Origin: Gemmatimonadota bacterium
GTDB lineage: Bacteria > Gemmatimonadota > Gemmatimonadetes > Gemmatimonadales > GWC2-71-9
Length of the DNA stretch: 64,000 nucleotides
Assembly: GCA_039591075.1 (NCBI GenBank)
Contig: JBDHEI010000008.1
Span: 15,984 to 79,983 of the forward strand
Direction of reading: 5' to 3'
Both the position numbers and the translations under genes were made by a program. Of this stretch, positions 55,394 through 64,000 are shown one piece after another. The notes under the pieces were generated by a model that saw nothing but the letters and a program-made list of their open reading frames with translations, was not told where the DNA came from and made no database searches. Position 1 is the first letter of the stretch. Every line of letters begins with the position of its first letter.

Positions 55394-56286
55394 TGGCGCG
55401 TGCCCTGTTGATCTTCAATCCCGTCGCCGCCCGGGCCAACCTCAAGGTCGTGGACACCGTGGTCAAGGTGTTCAAGCGTGAGGGGTGGAGCGTGGAGGTC
55501 GAAGGGACCTCGCGCGTCGGGCATGCCAAGGACCTGGCGCGGGCGGGGGTTGAAGGAGGCGTCGACCTCGTTGCCGTGTACGGTGGCGACGGAACGACCA
55601 TGCAGGCCGTGGCAGGCATGGTCGACCACGGTGTGCCGGTCGCCCTGATCCCCGGAGGGACCGGGAATCTCCTTGCCGGCAATATGCGCCTGCCACGGCG
55701 GCCGGCCGCGGCCGCGCGGGTCGCGATTCGGGGGCGACCACGGCCAATCGACCTGGGAATACTCCCGAGGGAGGACGGTCTGCACTACTTTGCCGTTGGC
55801 GCCGGGGCCGGTTTTGACGCCGTGCTCATGACCGAAACCACCGGCGAGGCGAAGCGGCGATGGCGCATGGGGGCATATGTTGCAACCGGTGTTGGGGCGG
55901 TCGCGAAACTCAAGGCGGTGCGCCACCGAATAACCGTCGATGGGACCCCGATGGATGTGGAGGCGGCCATGGTGCTCGTGGCCAACTGCGGGGAGATCGT
56001 TCCGCCGTTCCTGCGCCTGCGGAAAGGGGTCGCTCCCGACGACGGTGTCTTCGACGTGATCATCGTCAATGCGACGACGGTCATGGAGGGTGTCTACGCC
56101 CTCTGGCGCTTGGCTAGCGGGCTCGCCGCGGACAATTTCCGTATTAGGTTCGCCCGGGGCCAGGAGGTCGTCGTCGAGCCCGAAGAGCTACTGCCGGTTC
56201 AGTACGACGGCGAGGCAGCCGGCTGGACCCCGTTCACCGCCCGCATCGTGCCGCACGCGATCAGCGTGATGGTACCGCGGACCTAG
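55393..56286 (+). CDS. Diacylglycerol/lipid kinase family protein
   Basis: FNPVA, GGDGT, PGGTGN, GAGFDA, QYDGE. Confidence 0.92.
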   Translation: MARALLIFNPVAARANLKVVDTVVKVFKREGWSVEVEGTSRVGHAKDLARAGVEGGVDLVAVYGGDGTTMQAVAGMVDHGVPVALIPGGTGNLLAGNMRLPRRPAAAARVAIRGRPRPIDLGILPREDGLHYFAVGAGAGFDAVLMTETTGEAKRRWRMGAYVATGVGAVAKLKAVRHRITVDGTPMDVEAAMVLVANCGEIVPPFLRLRKGVAPDDGVFDVIIVNATTVMEGVYALWRLASGLAADNFRIRFARGQEVVVEPEELLPVQYDGEAAGWTPFTARIVPHAISVMVPRT

Positions 56287-56297
56287 TGGGAGTCGTC

Positions 56298-56480
56298 ATG
56301 GGTCAGGAAACCGATATCATGATCTGTCGCGCCTGCGGAAACCAGGAGCGTGCGTCCGAAGGCTACCCGTGCACCGAGTGTGGCGCGTTCATTTGCGTCG
56401 TTTGCAACATGCGTGGCGTGACCATGTGCAAGAGTTGCCGCGAGGCCGGCAGCCCGGGTGCGAAGCCGGCCAATGGGTAG
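56298..56480 (+). CDS. Small protein with four CxxC motifs (putative zinc finger)
   Basis: CRAC, CTEC, CVVC, CKSC; ggag RBS; packed within the operon. Confidence 0.7.
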   Translation: MGQETDIMICRACGNQERASEGYPCTECGAFICVVCNMRGVTMCKSCREAGSPGAKPANG

Positions 56481-57180
56481 CGGATATCGAAAGCTGGTTC
56501 TGTTCGATATCGACGGCACGTTGTTGTGGTCGGGTGGGGCCGGCCGCTCCGCGATCGGTCAGGCGCTCACGGCGGAGATCGGAGCCGCCGGACCGATCGA
56601 GGGCTATCGGTTTGACGGCAAGACTGATCCGCAGATCGTTGCCGAACTGATGACCGCGGCCGGTCATCCCGATGCCGAGGACGAGTCCCGTATCGCGGCG
56701 GTGTGTCGCCGCTACCTCGAGTTGTTGAGAGTCGAGCTGGTGACCCGCAAGACCGGCATCCGTCTGTATCCCGGGATTGCCGCATTGCTCGCCGCGATGG
56801 AGCGGCGCCACGACGGGCTGGTGGGTCTGCTGACCGGCAACCTGGCGCTCGGGGCCGAACTCAAGCTCACGGCAGCGGGGGTCGATCCGGCCCGCTTTCG
56901 CGTCGGGGCCTATGGGTCTGATTCGGCGGTGCGGGCGGAGCTTCCCGCGATCGCCGCGGCCCGTGCCGCGCCCATGATGGGTCGCGTGCCGCAAGGCAAG
57001 GAGATCGTGATCATCGGGGACACGCCAGCGGACATGTCCTGTGGGCTCGGGGTCGGTGCCAGGGCCCTCGGCGTCGCGACCGGCCGCCATTCGGTGGTGG
57101 ATCTGCTCGCGGCGGGGGCGGACGTGGCCTTCGAAGATCTCACCGACACCGATCCCGTCCTCGACGCCATTTACGCGTGA
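56473..57180 (+). CDS. HAD family hydrolase
   Basis: FDIDGTL, LTGN, IGDTPAD. Confidence 0.92.
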   Translation: MGSGYRKLVLFDIDGTLLWSGGAGRSAIGQALTAEIGAAGPIEGYRFDGKTDPQIVAELMTAAGHPDAEDESRIAAVCRRYLELLRVELVTRKTGIRLYPGIAALLAAMERRHDGLVGLLTGNLALGAELKLTAAGVDPARFRVGAYGSDSAVRAELPAIAAARAAPMMGRVPQGKEIVIIGDTPADMSCGLGVGARALGVATGRHSVVDLLAAGADVAFEDLTDTDPVLDAIYA

Positions 57181-57914
57181 GCAGTTCGACGACGCTCTTG
57201 CCGCTCCGCATTCCGGAATTGGGCCCCTATCTGGGGAAGCTCGTGACCGGAACGGGCCGAGCACCCGGCGGGCTGCGGCTGGACGCGGTGCGCGTTCGCC
57301 TCGTGACGCGCATGTTCGAGCGGGTTGGTGAGGCGAAGCGACTGGCCACGCGTGAGCAGCGTCAGCAGGCGGTTAGTGCCATCGGCCGAGCCGCATGGCT
57401 AGAAGCATGGGAAGAGGCGGTCGCCGGAGCGGCGGATCTGCTCGTCGCGCGAGCGTCGCGCCGTGTCCAGGAGGAGGCCGAGGCGGTTCGCATGCCACGT
57501 CGTGGCCGCCGCCGTCTCGCTCCGAGTTCGGCGGACCGACGAGCCGTGGGTGCGCGGCTCGGCTCGGCAGGTGCCGCTCTCGTGCCGGCGCTCGACGCCG
57601 TCGAGCGCAGCGGATCTGCGGCGCTTGCGGCCACGGGGACCGAGCCGGCGGCGCTCACGGGCTGGCAAGAGGCGTTGACCACGGCGGGGCGCCGACTCGA
57701 AGCGGCCTGGCTCGCGCTGGAACAGGCGATCGAGGTCGAGTCGGCACGGTGGGAATTCGTTGCGTCCGATGTGGCACGATGGCGACGATCGTTGTGGCCG
57801 GTGGCGGCCGTCGGGCTGGTGGCGCTCGCCGGGGCCACGTGGTTCGGACTCGTCCTCGGTGGCTACGTGCCACCTCCCGACTGGCTTGCGACGCTCTGGC
57901 AGCAGGTGTTCTGA
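57177..57914 (+). CDS. Hypothetical protein with C-terminal transmembrane helix
   Basis: GTGA overlap with the HAD gene; Ala-rich helical body and hydrophobic tail. Confidence 0.7.
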   Translation: MSSSTTLLPLRIPELGPYLGKLVTGTGRAPGGLRLDAVRVRLVTRMFERVGEAKRLATREQRQQAVSAIGRAAWLEAWEEAVAGAADLLVARASRRVQEEAEAVRMPRRGRRRLAPSSADRRAVGARLGSAGAALVPALDAVERSGSAALAATGTEPAALTGWQEALTTAGRRLEAAWLALEQAIEVESARWEFVASDVARWRRSLWPVAAVGLVALAGATWFGLVLGGYVPPPDWLATLWQQVF

Positions 57915-57916
57915 GG

Positions 57917-58300
57917 ATGACGGTCCTCGGCCTCGGCATCGATCTCGTCGACGTGTCCCGTGTGCGCCGGCTACTCGACCGCCACGGCGACCGAGCCTTG
58001 GAACGATTGCTGACGCCAGACGAACGGGCGTATTGCACGACACGAGCCATCCCCTCCGTCCATATTGCCGCTCGGCTTGCAGCCAAGGAAGCCGCGTTCA
58101 AGGCCCTGGCCGGCGAGTCCGAGGCGCGACGGATCTGGTGGACGGATCTCGAGGTGCGGCGGGAAGGCGATGGCCGGCCCACGCTTCACCTCCATGGAAG
58201 GGCCAGCGCGCGTGCTGAGCGCTTGGGCGTGCGTTCCTCACTCCTGTCCCTGACACACGAGCGCGATCACGCCGCAGCCGTGGTGCTCTTGATCGGCTAG
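57917..58300 (+). CDS. acpS: Holo-[acyl-carrier-protein] synthase
   Basis: GLGIDLV, AARLAAKEAAFKAL, GRP, SLTH. Confidence 0.95.
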   Translation: MTVLGLGIDLVDVSRVRRLLDRHGDRALERLLTPDERAYCTTRAIPSVHIAARLAAKEAAFKALAGESEARRIWWTDLEVRREGDGRPTLHLHGRASARAERLGVRSSLLSLTHERDHAAAVVLLIG

Positions 58301-58394
58301 GCTCCGATCCAAGGGGCGCTCGGCGGCGCGCCCCGTTCTTGCCTCCGATGGATGGTGCGCGCACTATTGGACTGAGTTGAACCAGTGAGGAGCC

Positions 58395-59243
58395 ATTCGC
58401 CGCGACTTTCTCCCCATCGTCCGCCGAGCACTCGAGGGACGGTATGTCGTCGAACGTGAGATCGCGCGGGGCGGTGCTGCCCGGGTATTCCTTGCGCACG
58501 ATAAGGACCAGCGACGGGTTGCACTGAAGGTTCTCCACCCGCAACTGGCCGTGTCCGTCACGGCTGACCGGTTTCTCCGAGAAATCTCGATCCTGTCCGA
58601 AATCGAGCACCCCCACATCGGGAAACTCATCGACTGTGGCGAGAACGACTGGTTGATCTACTATGTCATGCCGTTCATCGAAGGTCCCAACCTCAAGGAG
58701 CACCTGACTCGCGTCCGCCAGGCGTCCATCTCCGATACGCTGCAGATCGCGGTCGATGTCCTCGAAGCGCTCGAGTACGCGCATGGCAAGGGGATCGTCC
58801 ATCGTGACGTGAAGCCGGAGAACATCATGCTGACGTCCAGAGGTGCCGTTCTCCTGGACTTCGGCATCGCCCGCGCGATCCTGCAGGCCGGGATGGATCG
58901 GATCACCCGGTCCGGATTCGCGGTTGGCACGTCCACCTACATGAGTCCCGAGCAAGTGCAGGGGAACATCGACATCGACGAGCGGAGCGACTTCTACTCG
59001 CTTGGCTGTGTCTTGTTCGAGTGTCTTGCGGGGCGACCTCCGTATTCGGCGCAGCGGGAGGAGTTGGTACTACGGATGCATTTGCAGGCTGCTGCGCCGG
59101 ACGTCCGGCAGTTCCGAAGCGAGACCCCCGACGCGCTCGGGCTGGTCATCGCCAAGGCGCTGAAGAACCAGCCAACCGACCGCTGGCAGTCGGCTCACGA
59201 GATGCGTGAGGCGCTTTCGGTGACGACGGGCTCCGGCGAGTGA
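58395..59243 (+). CDS. Hanks-type Ser/Thr protein kinase, catalytic domain only; start unresolved
   Basis: The frame upstream of the track ORF gives RYVVEREIARGGAARVFLA...VALKVL; then HRDVKPEN, DFG, YMSPEQ. Confidence 0.9.
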   Translation: MRRDFLPIVRRALEGRYVVEREIARGGAARVFLAHDKDQRRVALKVLHPQLAVSVTADRFLREISILSEIEHPHIGKLIDCGENDWLIYYVMPFIEGPNLKEHLTRVRQASISDTLQIAVDVLEALEYAHGKGIVHRDVKPENIMLTSRGAVLLDFGIARAILQAGMDRITRSGFAVGTSTYMSPEQVQGNIDIDERSDFYSLGCVLFECLAGRPPYSAQREELVLRMHLQAAAPDVRQFRSETPDALGLVIAKALKNQPTDRWQSAHEMREALSVTTGSGE

Positions 59244-59276
59244 TGCTGTAAAGGAGGCCTGCCCTCGTCCCGGGTC

Positions 59277-60125
59277 TCAGCGCTTCCCCGGGGCGGCTGG
59301 TGGTTTCAACGCTTCCACGCGTTCCACAGCCACGACAGGCTTGCTCTGAAAAGCCGCTGCCAACATCGCGCCGATCGCCACGACGGCGAGGGCCGTGAGT
59401 TGCGCCAGCGACAAAGCGCCGAAGAAGCGGTCGTCCTTGGCCCTGATGAACTCGACGAGAAAGCGCTCCGTTCCAGCGAGCATCAAGTACAGACCGAAAA
59501 GCCAGCCGGTACCCCGGGGATGTGCGCGCAGCCGCCACAACAGCCAGAAGACGAATAGCATGATCGCGGTCTCGTAGAGCTGGGTCGGATGGACCGCGAG
59601 CACGTCAAACGGGCTCGCGTCCGGCGGGACCTCCACTCCCCAGGCCGCGAGGTTCTGCGCAGTGGATGCCGGCAAACCGTGCGGGAACTTCATGCCCCAC
59701 GGCAGCGATGTCGGGATGCCGTAGTCATCCTGCACTAGGAAACACCCAACGCGGCCGAGCGCATAGCCCACCGCCAGCCCCGGCGCCGCCAAGTCGAGCG
59801 TGAACCGCATCGGCACCCGGCGCCATCGCCCGTTGAGAAGCACGGCGGCCGCGCCACCCAACAAGCCGCCGTACCACACCAATCCCGCTCGGTGAAACAG
59901 GGCACCCGGATCGCCGTACAGGGCGACGTACCACAGCTTGGCTCCCAGCAGTCCGCCGATCACACCAGCCACGATGATGTCCCACGCGTAGTGATCACTC
60001 CTGCCGAGTTCGCGGAGGCGCTCTTGCATGACCCAGCCGGCTATGAAGAACCCCAGCATGACCATGATGCCGAACCCGGTGATCTCGATCGGGCCGAGCT
60101 GGATACCGAAAGGATACACCGTCAT
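59277..60125 (-). CDS. lgt: Prolipoprotein diacylglyceryl transferase
   Basis: GLVWYGG, LGRVGCF, HPTQLYE, RFLVEFIR. Confidence 0.93.
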   Translation of the reverse strand: MTVYPFGIQLGPIEITGFGIMVMLGFFIAGWVMQERLRELGRSDHYAWDIIVAGVIGGLLGAKLWYVALYGDPGALFHRAGLVWYGGLLGGAAAVLLNGRWRRVPMRFTLDLAAPGLAVGYALGRVGCFLVQDDYGIPTSLPWGMKFPHGLPASTAQNLAAWGVEVPPDASPFDVLAVHPTQLYETAIMLFVFWLLWRLRAHPRGTGWLFGLYLMLAGTERFLVEFIRAKDDRFFGALSLAQLTALAVVAIGAMLAAAFQSKPVVAVERVEALKPPAAPGKR

Positions 60126-61168
60126 GACGGCCCTCCGATGTGGGTGGGGACCGGTCCCCGCTCGAGGCCGGGCCACGGAAGCCGCGGATCGGCGTCCAGG
60201 TAGGCGTTACTGCGCTCGCCGCGCTCGAGATGAAACCACCCGGCGCGAGCGATCATGGCGGCGTTGTCCGCGTTCAGGCGGGGCTCGGCGACCACCACCC
60301 GTGCGCGTCCGGCAAGGTGGACCGCCATCACCTCCGCGAGGGTTCGGCTGCAGGCCACCCCACCGCCAAGCACCACGGTCGCATAACCGGTTTGCTCCAC
60401 AGCCCGGTCTACCTTGTCGGCGAGCACGTCGAACACGGCGGACTGAAAGGACGCCGCCAGGTCGGCCTGATCCCGCGCGACATCGGACGACCGCCGTACG
60501 GCGTGGAGAACTGCAGTCTTCAGCCCGCTGAACGAGAAATCGAACCCGTCGCCCCGCATCGGCCGCGGCAGGTCGAAGCGATCCGTTCCACGGTGTGCCA
60601 CGGACTCAATGGCGGGGCCCCCGGGGTATCCGAGACCGAGGAGGCCGGCCACCTTGTCGAATGCCTCTCCCGCGGCGTCGTCCCGGGTCTCACCGAGGAC
60701 GCGGTAGCGCCCCCACTCGGGTACGTCGAGGAGCAGCGTGTGGCCGCCCGATACGACGAGGGCGACGAATGGTGGAGTGCAAGCGGGATGCTGGAAGGTC
60801 GGTGCGAAGACGTGACCTTCGAGGTGGTGCACGCCGATGAGTGCCCGGTTTGACGTGGCGGCCAGCGCCTTGGCGTAGCACACGCCAACGAGGAGAGAGC
60901 CGACCAGGCCCGGCCCAGCCGTGACAGCGATCGCGTCGATCGCACCGAGTGACACGCCGGCGAGGTCCAGAGCCTGTCGCACGACGGGTCCGATCGTCCG
61001 CACGTGGGCACGCGAGGCTAGCTCTGGCACGACGCCCCCGAACACGGCGTGAATGTCCTGTGACAGGATGACGAGGCTCGCGAGCTCGATGCGCTGACCG
61101 TCGCGGATCAGCACCGCCGCCGAGGTCTCGTCGCAGGACGTCTCGATGCCGAGGACGACGTCAATCAC
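60122..61168 (-). CDS. tsaD: tRNA N6-threonylcarbamoyltransferase
   Basis: GIETSCDET, GGVVPELASRAH, HHLEGH, SGGHT, DDAAGEAFDK, DNAAMI. Confidence 0.97.
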   Translation of the reverse strand: MIDVVLGIETSCDETSAAVLIRDGQRIELASLVILSQDIHAVFGGVVPELASRAHVRTIGPVVRQALDLAGVSLGAIDAIAVTAGPGLVGSLLVGVCYAKALAATSNRALIGVHHLEGHVFAPTFQHPACTPPFVALVVSGGHTLLLDVPEWGRYRVLGETRDDAAGEAFDKVAGLLGLGYPGGPAIESVAHRGTDRFDLPRPMRGDGFDFSFSGLKTAVLHAVRRSSDVARDQADLAASFQSAVFDVLADKVDRAVEQTGYATVVLGGGVACSRTLAEVMAVHLAGRARVVVAEPRLNADNAAMIARAGWFHLERGERSNAYLDADPRLPWPGLERGPVPTHIGGPS

Positions 61169-62108
61169 GGATGGCTCGGCGGACCACGACCGAGTCGGGG
61201 GTGACCCACGCGGTGACGTCCCTCGGTGCCGTGACCTCGAGCCCGACGATAGTCTCGCGGGTTCCGCCTTGGGGCCGTGCCCGCACGCGCACGCTGTCGC
61301 GCGTGAGCGCCGGCAGCCGGATGCGTCGCCCGCGGATGGTGACGCTCACCAGGCGAGGATCGCTCACCCAGCCGCCCGGTGGGCTCGACACGACGACCAC
61401 GGGGATCCCCATCAGGACCTTCTCCGCAAAGCCGCCGACATCCGCTTCGACGAGCACCTCCTGGTGTGACAGCCGAAGGCCACCCAGACCCGCCGTGTCG
61501 ATCGCCAGGCGTTGGCTCACGGGGTTGGTCACCCCACGCAATTCCAGTGGAACCGTCAGCACCGAATCGAGGTCCGACATGCGAGCGTCGGGTCCGCGGA
61601 TCGTGATACTGCTGGGCGTCACGAGGATGGTGCCGAAAAGCTGATATCCGGAATCCGGCTCTAGCGCGACGCGCGGGAGAACCGGCACGCTCCGCTGCAC
61701 CACGTCGTCGAGCTGGACGGTGACCGTGCGCGGCTCGATTTGCTGCACTTTGACGGCCGCGCCTTCGATCGTGCCGAGGTCCGCGATGCTGAGCTGCACC
61801 TGGAACTCGGACCCGGAAATGCTGTCGGGCAGTGCCTTGCGAATGACGGGAGGCCGTCCGTAGAGCTTGATCAACTCGCGCGCGGTTCCTGTAAACAGGG
61901 CCTGCACGGGAGGATGCTCGCTGCTGACGATCGACCGTCCGGGTGGCGGCTCGATCTCGAGTCTAACCGGTACGAGCTGGGTGGAGGGTTCCTCCGCCGC
62001 GACCGCCGCCCACAAGATTGCCGCAAGGATCAGCGCGGTGACCTTGATGGGCCAGTTGTCGAGCAGGACGGCGCGAAACTTACTGAACGCGTTCTTCCAC
62101 TGTGTCAT
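61161..62108 (-). CDS. YbbR/CdaR-like membrane-anchored protein
   Basis: NWPIKVTALILAAILW anchor followed by YbbR-like repeats (PSSITIRGP). Confidence 0.75.
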   Translation of the reverse strand: MTQWKNAFSKFRAVLLDNWPIKVTALILAAILWAAVAAEEPSTQLVPVRLEIEPPPGRSIVSSEHPPVQALFTGTARELIKLYGRPPVIRKALPDSISGSEFQVQLSIADLGTIEGAAVKVQQIEPRTVTVQLDDVVQRSVPVLPRVALEPDSGYQLFGTILVTPSSITIRGPDARMSDLDSVLTVPLELRGVTNPVSQRLAIDTAGLGGLRLSHQEVLVEADVGGFAEKVLMGIPVVVVSSPPGGWVSDPRLVSVTIRGRRIRLPALTRDSVRVRARPQGGTRETIVGLEVTAPRDVTAWVTPDSVVVRRAIRD

Positions 62109-62640
62109 GGGAGCCCAGGAGTCGACGCATGAGTTGGATCTGTGAGGGGTGGTCCCAATCCGCAGGGCCGATGACCTTCTTCACGATTACGCCGTCACGG
62201 TCGATCACGAAACTCTCCGGTACCCCGGTAGTCTGGTAAATCCGCTCGATCCGACCCGACCGATCCTGCAGGACGTCGAACGTCAACGCACGGGCCGCAA
62301 TCCACTCGCGAACCTCTTCAGAGCCGGCATCGTCCACACTGACGGCTACGACGCGAAGCCCTGCGTCGTGGAGCTCGTCGTAGAGCCGCTGCATGGAGGG
62401 CATCTCCTTCACACAAGGCGGGCACCACGTCGCCCAGACGTTCAGCAGAACCACCTGCCCGCGGTAACTGCTGAACATCACGGTGTCGCCGCTGATCACG
62501 TTGACCGCCGTGAAATCGGGCGCTTCGCTTTCCACGCCGACCGGCTGTAGCGAGGGCGTGAGTAGCAGCCCGGCGATCAGGCCGGCACCCAAGGTGCCGA
62601 TGATCGCAAGAACGAAGATCCACTGACCGCGTTGCGTCAT
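62080..62640 (-). CDS. TlpA/ResA-like thiol-disulfide reductase
   Basis: NVWATWCPPCVKEMP, GVPESFVIDRDG. Confidence 0.93.
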   Translation of the reverse strand: MTQRGQWIFVLAIIGTLGAGLIAGLLLTPSLQPVGVESEAPDFTAVNVISGDTVMFSSYRGQVVLLNVWATWCPPCVKEMPSMQRLYDELHDAGLRVVAVSVDDAGSEEVREWIAARALTFDVLQDRSGRIERIYQTTGVPESFVIDRDGVIVKKVIGPADWDHPSQIQLMRRLLGSHDTVEERVQ

Positions 62641-62641
62641 T

Positions 62642-63310
62642 TCACGTCACCGTCAAACAGCGTTTGCGCAGTTCCCGTACCTCCCGTGCCGGATCGTCGG
62701 CAGCGAAGATGGCCGATCCCGCTACGAACGTGTCGGCCCCAGCCGATCGCGCGCCGAAAATCGTCTCTCTCGATATACCGCCGTCAACCTCGAGGTACGC
62801 TGCGCTCCCTCGCTCTTCCAGGAGGTGGCGAGCCCGCCCGATTTTGCCCAGCGAGGCGGGAATGAACTCTTGGGCGGGGAATCCCGGGTTCACCGTCATG
62901 AGCAGCAACAGGTCCAGATCGTCGAGGACCTCACCTGCCAGGCTGAGCGGCGTTCCGGGATTCAACGCGAGTCCGGCGAGCATGCCTCGCTGGCGCACGG
63001 CCTGCAGCTGCCGTTGGACGTGGCGCGTCGCTTCCGGATGAAAGGTAAACACCGACGCGCCCACATCGGCAAACGCGTCGATGAAGATCTCGGGCCGCTC
63101 CACCATCAGGTGCACGTCGATGGGGAGCGTCGTCGCGCGGCGGACAGCGGCGATCATGCCCGCGCCGAAGGTCAGGTTCGGCACGAAGTGACCGTCCATC
63201 ACGTCTACATGAATCCAGTCGGCACCGGCGTCCTCGACGAGGCCGATCTGCTCTTCGAGCCGCAGCAGGTCCGCACTGAGCACGCTGGTTGCGATCCGCA
63301 TGCCGCTCAT
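62642..63310 (-). CDS. rpe: Ribulose-phosphate 3-epimerase
   Basis: SVLSAD, HVDVMDGHFVPNLTFG, DVHLM, MTVNPGF, VDGG, VAGSAIF. Confidence 0.96.
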   Translation of the reverse strand: MSGMRIATSVLSADLLRLEEQIGLVEDAGADWIHVDVMDGHFVPNLTFGAGMIAAVRRATTLPIDVHLMVERPEIFIDAFADVGASVFTFHPEATRHVQRQLQAVRQRGMLAGLALNPGTPLSLAGEVLDDLDLLLLMTVNPGFPAQEFIPASLGKIGRARHLLEERGSAAYLEVDGGISRETIFGARSAGADTFVAGSAIFAADDPAREVRELRKRCLTVT

Positions 63311-64000
63311 GGTGTGGCACCCCGTGCCAGGGTCACGTTGATGGGTGTTCCGGGGGCACTTAGCGTCCTGGGTGCCGGATCCTGGTCGATGATGGTGCCC
63401 GGCGGGGCCGTCGGGCATCGTTCGCCGCACCGACGTCCCGAGCCGTAAGCCCACCCGCGCGAGCGCGGAGTCGGCCTCGAGCGGGGTCAGGCCGGCGAGG
63501 TTGGGCACGGGGATCGTCGGCGCGCCGACGCTGACGACGAGGGTCACCGATGCACCGGGAAGGAGACTGGTGCCGGCCGGTGGTCGGGTGTTGATCACGA
63601 CGTCTTTTGGTGCCGGTGCCTGAGTCGCCTCGGTCCGTCCAACCGAGAGGCCAGTCGCAGCGAGGATCTGCTCGGCCAGCGCGGCATCGTAGCCGTTCAG
63701 ATCGGGTACAGGAATTCGCTGCGGGCCGCTGCTGACCACCAGCGTCACCGTTTGGCCGCGCGTCACGGACGTCCCGGAGGGTGGATCCTGCCACACCACG
63801 TGACCCTGAGAGGTGGTGGGGTGACTTTCCGTGCCAACCTGCCCCAGCCGCAACCCCGATTCGGCCAGGGCTGCGGTGGCCCGGTCCTGAGGCAACCCGA
63901 CGACCCGTGGGACGGTAATGGTCGTGGCGAAGATTGGCGCGGGAAACAGGAAGAGCACGGCCGCCAGATACCCCAGGCCGAACGCGCCGAGCGTGCCGCC
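63307..64000 (-). CDS. PASTA-repeat membrane protein, 5' end outside the window, apparent frameshift near 63399
   Basis: VPRVVG, VPDLNG and VPNLAG repeats; the third repeat finishes in another frame (TIIDQDPAPRT...VTLARGATP-stop). Confidence 0.85.

Noticed and set aside
58311-58340. Hairpin after acpS as a terminator
   Set aside because: Imperfect stem and weak T-tract; not enough to call.
62642-63958. Apparent PASTA-Rpe fusion protein (438-aa ORF)
   Set aside because: One extra base near 63398-63400 explains it. The third PASTA repeat continues in another frame and stops at a TGA overlapping the rpe ATG. Probably an assembly indel.

Overview
High-GC, gene-dense bacterial chromosome segment of about 50 CDS, mostly housekeeping. 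Gene content suggests Gemmatimonadota (inference only). In order: 5' part of metH under a SAM-II riboswitch with a terminator; yggU/yggT; a deacetylase with an extra C-terminal domain; a co-oriented run of gdhA, two PEP-synthase-like dikinases and kgd; an HTH plus nucleotidyltransferase pair; a four-helix-bundle gene; a VWA/AAA+ operon; a selenocysteine formate dehydrogenase operon; glcD-E-F; a sigma-70 factor; a degenerate aroB; tamA/tamB; acpS, a Ser/Thr kinase, lgt, tsaD and rpe. The most unusual signal is an octamer repeat family (TTAGGCGG/CCGCCTAA). It forms a perfect 30-bp inverted repeat around the four-helix-bundle gene, supplies the stop codons of four genes, and also occurs as a free array and as in-frame inserts in two proteins. 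The second candidate system is the sensor-dikinase pair between GDH and KGD. Several single-base frame problems suggest assembly indels. No rRNA, tRNA, CRISPR array or transposase was seen. All calls come from reading motifs by eye; no database search was run.
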